A stretch of DNA of 64,000 bases from a virus: the UHGV virus genome UHGV-0332176. One strand, 5' to 3'. Below are positions 1 through 8,476 of the stretch, piece by piece. The position numbers were made by a program, and so were the translations under genes. The notes under the pieces were generated by a model. It made no database searches. It was not told the origin of the DNA and worked only from the letters and a program-made list of their open reading frames with translations. Position 1 is the stretch's first letter. The number at the start of each line of letters is the position of its first letter.

Positions 1-152
1 AATTTTTGTAATTCTTCTGTTGAATAATTAATATTTAATAACGCTAATTCTTTTTCAAATCCATCTGGCATTTCATATTCAATTTGTGCTATTTCACGTG
101 CTTGACCAGATAATAATAAACCTTTAAAAGTATAATTAAATGGTATTTTCAT
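1..152 (-). CDS. N-terminal part of a structural gene (possible tail tube protein); continues beyond window start
   Basis: The minus-strand ATG at ~150-152 is preceded by an AAGGAG RBS (revcomp of 158-163). It translates MKIPFNYTFKGLLLSGQAREIAQIEYEMPDGF. It sits immediately downstream of the sheath gene, as T4 gene 19 follows gene 18. No direct sequence similarity was recognised. Confidence 0.3.
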   Translation of the reverse strand, partial: MKIPFNYTFKGLLLSGQAREIAQIEYEMPDGFEKELALLNINYSTEELQK

Positions 153-198
153 AAAAACTCCTTAATAACTTTATACTCATATTTTTTATATGGTAATA

Positions 199-206
199 TA
201 TTTATA
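199..206 (-). promoter_or_regulatory. T4-type late promoter motif TATAAATA (on minus strand)
   Basis: TATTTATA on the plus strand is TATAAATA on the minus strand, ~45 nt upstream of the putative tube gene ATG. Confidence 0.3.
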
Positions 207-220
207 TCTTAAAAATCAAT

Positions 221-260
221 AAAAAAAATAAGCCATCAAATTTGATGGCTTATTTTTATT
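221..260. terminator. Bidirectional intrinsic terminator after sheath gene
   Basis: A perfect inverted repeat AATAAGCCATCAAA/TTTGATGGCTTATT is flanked by an A-run upstream and a T-run downstream. Confidence 0.55.
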
Positions 261-272
261 TAATTTCCATTA

Positions 273-3200
273 TTATGAGTTAGAAGATAATGTTCCTGTT
301 CTAACAATTCTAATTGGAATATAAATTTGTTCAACACCTTGAACAATTTCAATAGCTACTTCAGCCCATAATTCTTTACGACCAATTCTTTCAGTAGTAT
401 TAACTGAATTATCAGTAACTAATGTATAGTCATATAATTCATCTCTTGATACATAATCATTTAAGATTGCTCTTAATGCTTTATCAAAATCACGTCTTAA
501 TGCTTCTGTATTTGGTTGGAAGAAGAATGGTAAGCAAGCTGCATCCATTTCACGTTTTAATCTTAAAATTGTTAAGATTGCGTGTTCATCAGATAATGAT
601 GAAGTGTAATTATTTTCTGTATTTTCACCCCAGAATAATAATCCAGTATTACGTTGTGGCATAATTGGATTCATAGATTGAGCAGTAATAATTTCACCCA
701 AACTTTCTCTGATAGTTACTGGTGCATATTCATTTTCATCAGTAATATAACCAACAGATGCTAAATTTTTAACTTGACCATATTGTGTTCCTGCTGCAAA
801 CATACCTCTTGGTAATACCAATAAATTCTTCATTTTTGCAACAGATGAAGGAACAGCAATATCATCTCCATCAACATTTGAAGTTAATCCCATTGGTGGA
901 TATTGACGTGTTATATAAGCACTTCTAATAACACGACCATCTTCACCGTGTGAAGCTGCATTATTTTGATTTGAACCCCAAGCAATAATATCATTTGCTT
1001 TTGGTGCTAATCTTGCTGGTGTATCAGAAATGATATAAAACATTTCTTTTTTATCAGTATTTAATGCAATTAATTCATCATCTAATTCTGGATAACCTGG
1101 ACAAGTTGCATAGAAGAAATCATAATCTTGTGAGCGAATTGCATCATTAGAATTAATTGCTTCTGCTAATGCTCTTATAACCATTGCTCTTTGTGCTTTT
1201 CTACCAAATAATCCTGAACCATCTGTTGCATTACCTGAAATTGTTTGCCAACGAGTTGTTTTAGAATTTGTTGAAGAACCTGGTGTTGGGAATGCTTTTG
1301 AATTACCAACTGTGAAAGTGCTTCCTAATTCTTTAACAGCATTTTGATATTCATTTGTCATTTCTTTAACATTATTTGTTGAATATAATGTATTAAATAA
1401 TAACATACCAGCTGCATAAGTTTGTGGATTTGGACAATTAGGGTCAACATAATCTGAAATTAATAAATCAGCTTGTTTAGTTGAAAATGGAACGTGTGTT
1501 GAATCAGAATATGCTGGACCAGCGTTTTCACGAGCATCAGCAAATACAATACCTAAAGGAGTTGTTTGGTCAGTATTATCAACTAATTCCCATTCTCCTT
1601 CATAATATCTATAAATTGTTGGATAATTATTTGCTGCTGAATCAATCCATAAATCATTTTCTTGTAAAGCTGAACCATCTGAATGTTGAGTTGGTTGTTC
1701 AGATGTTACAAAAATATCTGCACATTCGTACATATTTTTATAACCTTTCCATTCATCACCATCATTTACCATAATATCAACATTTAATGCATCATTAAAC
1801 CATAATGTTCCATTTGTTGCAATCTCGGTTGGTTCATAAGAACTTGCAATATAAGTTGGTTCAGTCCATTTACCTAATTCACCTGAAGCAATACCAACAG
1901 TTTCTAAAATATTACCACCTTCAACATCTTGAAAATCAATAGTATTACCTGTTGAAGATACTAATCTTAAATAACCTTCAGTTGTTACATCAGCAACAAT
2001 TGTTGGAATTTTAGCATTATTAATTGCTTTTGCTAAATATTCAACTGTTGTTCCATATGCTCTAACAGTATATGTTTTAACTTCTGTTCCAATAAGTGTT
2101 CTAATTGTAATTGCTTGACCAGAAGTAATTGTTGGATTTGAAACTGTACCAACAACTTTTAATCCCAATGAACCATATTGAGCTAATTTAGTTTCAGCTA
2201 AATTTTCAGTATCATATTTAACAATAATTGAACTTGCATTTAATGAAGGTCCTAATACTCTTTCAGCTTCAATATAAGAACCATACATAGGCATTTTAAT
2301 TGTTGTCCAAGAATCAGTTGTTGAATTATATTGTTTCATAATATAATTAGCACCATTATTAGGTTCAGTAGTTTTAACCCAAATTGAACCTTGAACAGAA
2401 CCATTTGGAACTTGTGAATGTGTTTTATGAACTAAAGAAACAGCATTTACAACAGCTTCATCACCATTCATTGTAAAACCTAATGTTTCTAATGCTTTTC
2501 TTGAATCTTGTGAAAGAGTTAATAATGTTGCAGTATTTTTAATAACTAATGCATTATTTTCATTAACAGCAACAATATTTTCAATTGATGCATTATTAAT
2601 ATCTTTTACAGCATCATCAATTTTAGTTGTAGATGATACACCCGATAATGTTACTTCTGAACCATTAATAGTAATTTTAGCACCTGTATCATATGTACCA
2701 TTTACTTTACCTTTTGCACTTGATGGAAATTGAGCAATCCATTCATTAGAACCTAATTCATACCATTCACTTGCAATATTTTCATAAGCAACTTGTTTAT
2801 TACCTTTTGTTACAACAGCAATATCATTGTTAACACCATATGTTCCTAATGGTTTACCATCTTCACCAATTTCATCTGCTGATGGAAGTAATACATTTTC
2901 AATTCTATCCCAAGCTAAAGCTGGTCTTGTATTACCATTAGCTCTAAATAAACCATAAGAAGTTTCAGCTGTATCAAACCATAAAGTTTGATTTGGTACT
3001 TTACTTGTTGGTTCAGCTTGTGTAGCTTGTAATTGTTTTAAATCAATATCTGCTCTTAATGCATAAGCTATTGAAGAATTTCCTAAAGCATCATATAAAG
3101 CATACAAACCGACTTCATTTAATTCATCACCTTGTTGAACAGTTCCATCAATTGTTGTAAATGTTGGAACACCAAATGTATCAGTAACATCTTTTTGTGA

Positions 3201-3383
3201 AGTCATAACAAGTAATTCATTAGCAACTGATTTTGAAGTACCTGGTGCAATTTCACCTGTTTCTTCGTCAATAATTTTATCTTGTTCTGTCGCAAAGATA
3301 TAAAGAGGAATTATCGGAGAAACACCAGTTCCATATGATGATTCATCAATTATATCAATGTGAGTTTTTGCTAATTCTGACAT
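273..3383 (-). CDS. Tail sheath protein (unusually large, 1036 aa)
   Basis: The N-terminus (KDVTDTFGVPT) and C-terminal region (PGYPELDDEL...; ILTILRLKREM...RDFDKALRAILNDY...IPIRIV) resemble T4 gp18 sheath conserved N- and C-domains. It lies directly downstream of the terminase, as in T4. Confidence 0.7.
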   Translation of the reverse strand: MSELAKTHIDIIDESSYGTGVSPIIPLYIFATEQDKIIDEETGEIAPGTSKSVANELLVMTSQKDVTDTFGVPTFTTIDGTVQQGDELNEVGLYALYDALGNSSIAYALRADIDLKQLQATQAEPTSKVPNQTLWFDTAETSYGLFRANGNTRPALAWDRIENVLLPSADEIGEDGKPLGTYGVNNDIAVVTKGNKQVAYENIASEWYELGSNEWIAQFPSSAKGKVNGTYDTGAKITINGSEVTLSGVSSTTKIDDAVKDINNASIENIVAVNENNALVIKNTATLLTLSQDSRKALETLGFTMNGDEAVVNAVSLVHKTHSQVPNGSVQGSIWVKTTEPNNGANYIMKQYNSTTDSWTTIKMPMYGSYIEAERVLGPSLNASSIIVKYDTENLAETKLAQYGSLGLKVVGTVSNPTITSGQAITIRTLIGTEVKTYTVRAYGTTVEYLAKAINNAKIPTIVADVTTEGYLRLVSSTGNTIDFQDVEGGNILETVGIASGELGKWTEPTYIASSYEPTEIATNGTLWFNDALNVDIMVNDGDEWKGYKNMYECADIFVTSEQPTQHSDGSALQENDLWIDSAANNYPTIYRYYEGEWELVDNTDQTTPLGIVFADARENAGPAYSDSTHVPFSTKQADLLISDYVDPNCPNPQTYAAGMLLFNTLYSTNNVKEMTNEYQNAVKELGSTFTVGNSKAFPTPGSSTNSKTTRWQTISGNATDGSGLFGRKAQRAMVIRALAEAINSNDAIRSQDYDFFYATCPGYPELDDELIALNTDKKEMFYIISDTPARLAPKANDIIAWGSNQNNAASHGEDGRVIRSAYITRQYPPMGLTSNVDGDDIAVPSSVAKMKNLLVLPRGMFAAGTQYGQVKNLASVGYITDENEYAPVTIRESLGEIITAQSMNPIMPQRNTGLLFWGENTENNYTSSLSDEHAILTILRLKREMDAACLPFFFQPNTEALRRDFDKALRAILNDYVSRDELYDYTLVTDNSVNTTERIGRKELWAEVAIEIVQGVEQIYIPIRIVRTGTLSSNS

Positions 3384-3510
3384 ATTTTACTCCTATTAAA
3401 TTAAATTATTTTTATAATAAAAATAACTGATAAAAACTTTCAAAAAGTCTTTACATATATTTATGAATTAGGATAAAAATTGAGGGGTAAACAATTTATT
3501 AATTTAGGAG

Positions 3511-3539
3511 TTTGAAGTTATTTATTAAATAACTTCAAA
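3511..3539. promoter_or_regulatory. 29-nt perfect palindrome (14-bp arms) abutting RBS of small gene
   Basis: TTTGAAGTTATTTA-T-TAAATAACTTCAAA is followed by AAAGGGG and the ATG. The same architecture, with compensatory arm changes, occurs at 10498-10526. Confidence 0.5.
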
Positions 3540-3548
3540 GGGGTTAAG

Positions 3549-3926
3549 ATGGCTGATATAAGTAAAATAGATATGAAAAGAATCAATGGATTACTTGATA
3601 AATTAGAAGAAGTAACCAATAAAATTAATTCAATGAAATATGTTATTGAATCTGGTTCTAATGATAATGGTTGGTATCGTAAATGGAGTGATGGATTTAT
3701 TGAACAATGGGGTTTTCGCACTTCAAATACAACAAACCAAACAATTAATCTTCCAACTTCTTTTTCAAATACATCATATTATGTTAATTTTATTCAATAT
3801 CGTCCATTACAATCTTCTGCTGGTTGGGATTATCATTATGTCATCAGAACATCTGTTACAAAATCATCTTTCCAAATTAATGTTGCTGATACTGATGGAA
3901 TAAATTGGTATGCTTGTGGTTATTAA
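3549..3926 (+). CDS. Small protein, paralogue A of MADISKIDM...WYACGY family (N-terminal coiled-coil-like segment + beta-rich C-terminal domain)
   Basis: A 125-aa ORF with a strong RBS AAAGGGG. Its first ~57 nt and last ~25 nt are near-identical to the gene at 10536-10880, and it shares motifs NNWYR.WSDG.IEQ.G and WYACGY. Confidence 0.6.
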   Translation: MADISKIDMKRINGLLDKLEEVTNKINSMKYVIESGSNDNGWYRKWSDGFIEQWGFRTSNTTNQTINLPTSFSNTSYYVNFIQYRPLQSSAGWDYHYVIRTSVTKSSFQINVADTDGINWYACGY

Positions 3927-4999
3927 TAAAATTCATATAACATCTCTAATGAAACATTGCGAATATAACCCTTTTCATCCATAATTGCAACAGTATTTTC
4001 TCCACCAAGACAGTTATATTCTCTTTCAAATCTTTCAACACCAACTTTTTTAATTTCAGCTTTTGCCCAATTTTCATCTTTTAATGGACAAGCATCCCAT
4101 TTAACTAATTGACTTTGAAATCCATTATTTCCATAAGATTTTTTTTCAACAATATTAACATTTATATTTTCATTTCTTAACATATTAGCATAATCTTCTG
4201 CTTCTTCTTTTGTATGAAATAAATGAAAATCTCTATATAATTCTCCATTAATTTCTATTATATAATCATTAGGTATATCTATACCATAATCATCAATTTT
4301 ATTAATTGCCCCTGACCATAATCTATAAAATAAATCTGTTTCTGAAATAGGTGTTGAAGTAATAAATAATTTACCTTTTGTTGCAGATAATGTTGGTGAT
4401 AAAGCACCATAAAATTCTTCTTGTTTTTCTAATGCTTTATCCCCTGAATCTTGAACACCAATAAATGCAAATTCATCACAATAAACAATTGCAGGAGAAA
4501 TACCACGAGGAGCTTTAATAGTTGATGGGCGTACGTGAATTTCTGAACCATTATCAAATACCATTTTTGATTTATTATCTTCTATTAAACCTCTTTTAAG
4601 AAAATCTGGGCAATTTTCATAAACACCTTTTATTTTACCAAGATTTTCAGATGCTGCACGTAAATCTTGTGCAGTTACTAATATAATTGCGTGAGGATGA
4701 GTCATTGCGTACCATAATAAATAAATTGCTGTTGTAATCGTTTTACCATTCTGTCTGGAAAATAAAGATATAAGAGAATGATAGTTATGCATATTAAACA
4801 TCATTTCACGCTGATAATCAAATGGTATATATTGTTCCAAACCATTTCTATTAACCCAACAACAATGTTCTGCAAAAAATAATGCTCCATTTATAGGGTC
4901 ATAAACTTTTTTATAAATCATTTTTTGAGTATCTGTTAATTTTTTAAAAGATTTGGTTTTTTTAATAACACCAGTACCTTGTGGTAAAATAATTTTCAT
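3923..4999 (-). CDS. Terminase large subunit, ATPase domain only (T4 gp17-like)
   Basis: DYQREMM...SRQNGKT (Walker A) and VYCDEFAF (Walker B) match, and TSTPIS...FYRLW aligns with T4 gp17 residues ~130-360. The ORF ends where the gp17 nuclease domain would begin. Confidence 0.85.
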   Translation of the reverse strand: MKIILPQGTGVIKKTKSFKKLTDTQKMIYKKVYDPINGALFFAEHCCWVNRNGLEQYIPFDYQREMMFNMHNYHSLISLFSRQNGKTITTAIYLLWYAMTHPHAIILVTAQDLRAASENLGKIKGVYENCPDFLKRGLIEDNKSKMVFDNGSEIHVRPSTIKAPRGISPAIVYCDEFAFIGVQDSGDKALEKQEEFYGALSPTLSATKGKLFITSTPISETDLFYRLWSGAINKIDDYGIDIPNDYIIEINGELYRDFHLFHTKEEAEDYANMLRNENINVNIVEKKSYGNNGFQSQLVKWDACPLKDENWAKAEIKKVGVERFEREYNCLGGENTVAIMDEKGYIRNVSLEMLYEFY

Positions 5000-5017
5000 A
5001 TATTCTCCTTATAAAAT

Positions 5018-5025
5018 TATTTATA
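5018..5025 (-). promoter_or_regulatory. T4-type late promoter TATAAATA (minus strand) upstream of terminase
   Basis: TATTTATA on the plus strand lies ~19 nt upstream of the terminase ATG. An AAGGAG RBS sits between them, and a second copy occurs at ~5033-5040. Confidence 0.4.
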
Positions 5026-5102
5026 ATTAGCATATTTATAAAATATCTTGTTTTAAGTTTTATAATAAATATTCTTATAAAACATAGCATATAAGGTCAA
5101 TT

Positions 5103-6812
5103 ATGAAATATACATCACTTAAAAACGATATTGTGAATATTTTACATAGTTCTGATTATGACCTGATTTTAAAATTTTATGATGAAGATGGTCGTAATAC
5201 TCTTGATACCGAGAAATCTGAATGGTGTTATATAAGTAACTATAACATTATGGTTAAATTTATGAATGATGAAAACTCTGTTATACAATTATGGAAAGAT
5301 AAAAATACATTAGATGAAAATATGAAACATATTATTCAAAGAATTAGAGAATTATCAGGATTAAATGGAGTTCAAGTACAAATACGTATTTACGATGATT
5401 TAAATCAAAGAAAAATTTATAATTTAATTAAACGTGATATTATAAAACAAAAAGAAAGTGAAGAAATGGATGAATCAGTAACTAATAATAATCATATAAT
5501 AGTTGAAACCTTATACAATATTGTTAATACCGCCCGAGAAACCAAAAGACCATCTGATTTTTATATTTCAGAAACTATGCAATTAGAAAATACTCGTAAA
5601 ATTTTTTCTGAAATTATTAAAGAAATCTCTTGTTTAAATTCTTTTAAAAATATTAATATTACAGAAAAATTTAGTCCACTAATGTCATTAGATAATCTTG
5701 ATGATATTAAACAATTTACTGAATCATTAAATATTGATTCAAACATTTTATTAGAAAATATTAACAATATTAAAAATATTACATCTTTTGTTAAAAAAGA
5801 ATATTTAAATAATGGTGATTTTATTGTTTCAAAACCAAGAACATTGTTTGTTTTAGAAAATGTTAAAGTTTATACAGCTAAAGAAAAAAATAATAGAGAA
5901 AATTTAATTAATGCATATAATCAATTACTATCATTAACTAAAAACGCAACAAAAGGTACAGATATTATTCGTGAAATTAAAAATAATAATATCTGTGAAA
6001 CTTTTAATGTAACACGAAAAGAATTGATTGATTTATGGTTATCCAGAACTAATAATATGAAAATTGAAGCTAAAAAAGCATATGTTGTTGAAAATTATAA
6101 AGGAGAAAAAGTAATTTTCAATGAAGCAATGAGAAATGGAATTAAAGCATTAGCTCAATATATTAATAATGGTGGTTTAAGAGATGATAATATTTGTAAA
6201 AATATTATGTTAGAAACTGTTAAATATAATCAAATTGCTGACTTTATTAAAACTTATCAAGATAATTATAAAATTAGAAAATTTTTACCAAAATTTAAAA
6301 ACATTTTTACTGAAAATGCAAATAAATTAAATTCTGCATATTTTAATTTTAATAAAGAACTTTTTGAATCAGTTGATGAAGAAATTGATTATTCAGTTCA
6401 ATATAAAAAACTTTGTAATGAAATGGGTGTAGACCATCCTGCTATTAAATATCTTGCAATTGAAAATGCAAAAAAAGATGCTGAATATTGTTCAGTTTTA
6501 ATGGAACAAACATTAACTGATGAACAAATTCTTACTGAAGGTTTAAAACCATATATTCAAAATCCATTTACTTTATATAATGTTGTAAAAATTATTATGG
6601 ATGAACAAATATTATTAAATAAAACATTAAACGAAAGTATTAATGACAAAAATATTAAAACTATTGCATCGGATTTATATAATAAAATTTGTTTTGAAGA
6701 TAATATTGTTTTAATGCCAATTGCATCTTCTTTATTTAACATAATGCATACTAAAAATTTAAATGAAAATAAAATTACATATTTAAATACATTGATTAAA
6801 TATATAAAATAA
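5103..6812 (+). CDS. Hypothetical protein (569 aa, Asn/Lys/Ile-rich)
   Basis: A long uninterrupted ORF with no recognisable motifs. Confidence 0.5.
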   Translation: MKYTSLKNDIVNILHSSDYDLILKFYDEDGRNTLDTEKSEWCYISNYNIMVKFMNDENSVIQLWKDKNTLDENMKHIIQRIRELSGLNGVQVQIRIYDDLNQRKIYNLIKRDIIKQKESEEMDESVTNNNHIIVETLYNIVNTARETKRPSDFYISETMQLENTRKIFSEIIKEISCLNSFKNINITEKFSPLMSLDNLDDIKQFTESLNIDSNILLENINNIKNITSFVKKEYLNNGDFIVSKPRTLFVLENVKVYTAKEKNNRENLINAYNQLLSLTKNATKGTDIIREIKNNNICETFNVTRKELIDLWLSRTNNMKIEAKKAYVVENYKGEKVIFNEAMRNGIKALAQYINNGGLRDDNICKNIMLETVKYNQIADFIKTYQDNYKIRKFLPKFKNIFTENANKLNSAYFNFNKELFESVDEEIDYSVQYKKLCNEMGVDHPAIKYLAIENAKKDAEYCSVLMEQTLTDEQILTEGLKPYIQNPFTLYNVVKIIMDEQILLNKTLNESINDKNIKTIASDLYNKICFEDNIVLMPIASSLFNIMHTKNLNENKITYLNTLIKYIK

Positions 6813-6843
6813 GATAAAATTAAAAAATATAATAAAAATGCAC

Positions 6844-8373
6844 CTATACAGGTGCATTTAATTTTTGAACGACTTCTTTTGCAAATGTTTTTAATAGTTT
6901 CAATACATAAGTATCTTCACCATTTTTCTTTTCCTTAATTTCTTCTCTTTCTTCCTCTGTTAAAGGTCTAAAAGGATTATCATTTTTAGACAAAGAAGCA
7001 TCAATTTGAAGTTGTCTATTTAACATATTAAATCCTGTTAAATTTGTAATAGCTTTATGACCACCTGACATTGTTTTAATAACATCAATTAAAGATACTC
7101 GTTGATTATTCATAAATCTAATCATTCTCATTGATTGTTCAGCACGAGCAGGATTCATATTTTCACACCAATATTTTGACATTCTTAAACTCATTGAACG
7201 ACTTATTTTATTTTCAGGGTCAACATCAAATTCTGTTCTACAATTTTTAAAAATACTTTCAAAATCTAAAATATTAAAACCAATACAATATTTTTCTTTA
7301 ACATCTTCAATATTTCTTTCAAATTCTGATTTTAATGCCAATAATGAAACTGATTTATTATTCAGCCATTGAGTTTTTGAAAATTGATTTAAAAACATAT
7401 CGTGTAAAACAATTTTTCCTAAATCAACATTATCATTAACAGTAAGATTCCACGGATTACGAGATACTTGCATCATACCAATTTCATCCCAAATCATAAT
7501 AAAATATTTTGCTTGTGGAAAAATTCTAAAAGCTGTATAACGTTCATATGAACCAATTCTTTTCATATAACCACCACCAACTTGTACAATACAATCACCA
7601 ATTAAAATTGATTGCCCATTTTTCAATGTATTAATGTCTTCACAATTTAAACTTACTTTACTTTTATTTTTTTGGTCTTCAAAATATTTTTCAACATTTT
7701 CATTAATTTCAGTTGGTAATTTATATATTCTATAATCTTCACTATGATTATCAATAGTCCATTTTAATAACTGATTATAAATTGATTCTAATGATGGTTT
7801 ACAATTCATAACTAAATTAGTTAACCACGCATTTCTATTTTTATATGTAAGTAATAATTTATTACAAGCTAATGCCATTTCTAAATGACGCTTAAAATTA
7901 TCTTTATTTTTATCACATTTAAAAACTGCATTACCAACTTCTTTTGGATTAATATTATATTCAACAAAACTTGCTGAATCAATCATATCAATTGCTTTCT
8001 CATCATCACTTGAAAAAATACCATTTCCAATAATTGAAGAAATTGTTGATGCATTAGATTTAGAATGTCTAAAATGAACAGATGCATCATTATAAACTAT
8101 CTGACTTTGATGATGGTCGGTATGTATTTGAATAAATGGTTTTCCGTGTGAAAAATCAACCATTACTCCCATATTTCCTTCTTCAGGAGCAGAAATATTA
8201 TATTCATCACTTCCATAATTTAATTTATGGGCAGCAACAACTTTAATTCCATAACTATTAAGATATTCTTTCATAGCTAATGCACTTGTTACACCATCTA
8301 AATCAATATGAAAATAAATTTCTGCTTGCTTATATTTTTTAGCTAATTTTTTAATATTTCTAATACCAGACAT
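6844..8373 (-). CDS. DHH-family phosphoesterase (RecJ/NrnA-like)
   Basis: HIDLDG (DxD), VMVDFSHG, IHTDHHQ (DHH) and VGGGY (GGGH-like) appear in the canonical order. The tool ORF begins with TTG at 8415; the ATG at 8371-8373 with a purine-rich RBS is the likelier start. Confidence 0.55.
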   Translation of the reverse strand: MSGIRNIKKLAKKYKQAEIYFHIDLDGVTSALAMKEYLNSYGIKVVAAHKLNYGSDEYNISAPEEGNMGVMVDFSHGKPFIQIHTDHHQSQIVYNDASVHFRHSKSNASTISSIIGNGIFSSDDEKAIDMIDSASFVEYNINPKEVGNAVFKCDKNKDNFKRHLEMALACNKLLLTYKNRNAWLTNLVMNCKPSLESIYNQLLKWTIDNHSEDYRIYKLPTEINENVEKYFEDQKNKSKVSLNCEDINTLKNGQSILIGDCIVQVGGGYMKRIGSYERYTAFRIFPQAKYFIMIWDEIGMMQVSRNPWNLTVNDNVDLGKIVLHDMFLNQFSKTQWLNNKSVSLLALKSEFERNIEDVKEKYCIGFNILDFESIFKNCRTEFDVDPENKISRSMSLRMSKYWCENMNPARAEQSMRMIRFMNNQRVSLIDVIKTMSGGHKAITNLTGFNMLNRQLQIDASLSKNDNPFRPLTEEEREEIKEKKNGEDTYVLKLLKTFAKEVVQKLNAPV

Positions 8374-8440
8374 TTTACTTCTTTCATTAAAATTAATATT
8401 ATCATTAAAATACAATATCTTTTAAATTTGTCAAGTATTT

Positions 8441-8452
8441 TATTTATAAATA
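8441..8452. promoter_or_regulatory. Back-to-back TATTTATA/TATAAATA motifs (divergent late promoters)
   Basis: TATTTATAAATA contains TATAAATA on both strands. It lies ~25 nt upstream of the 8477 gene (+), and the DHH gene is upstream on the minus strand. The motif CTTGACAAAT also occurs on the minus strand at ~8425-8436. Confidence 0.35.
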
Positions 8453-8476
8453 TTTAATATAATTAAAGGGGCATTA

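Noticed and set aside
422-664. Short antisense ORFs from the six-frame track lying inside larger genes (e.g. 422-664, 1481-1774, 3518-3721, 3640-3903, 5561-5767, 6557-6742, 8760-8957, 10756-11079, 18281-18469, 22466-22684, 22599-22793, 24107-24322, 25487-25696, 26979-27170, 28573-28947, 37522-37728, 44319-44540, 51386-51574, 54078-54503, 54888-55125, 55273-55503, 55945-56139, 56167-56379, 56606-57106, 56746-56961, 59415-59618, 59869-60084, 61412-61609)
   Set aside because: They are fully embedded in, or antisense to, longer ORFs that have clear homology or strong RBSs. In a ~28% GC genome, stop-free stretches of 60-160 codons arise by chance. They lack RBSs, and their products are low-complexity Ile/Leu/Phe/Asn strings.
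3384-3930. Group I intron or intein interrupting the terminase as an explanation for its truncation
   Set aside because: No conserved intron P/Q/R/S elements or GC-rich structured core are visible. The intervening ORF (3549-3926) is on the opposite strand and belongs to a two-member paralogous family found elsewhere, and the sheath gene starts immediately after. The truncation is therefore more likely a genuine domain split or loss.
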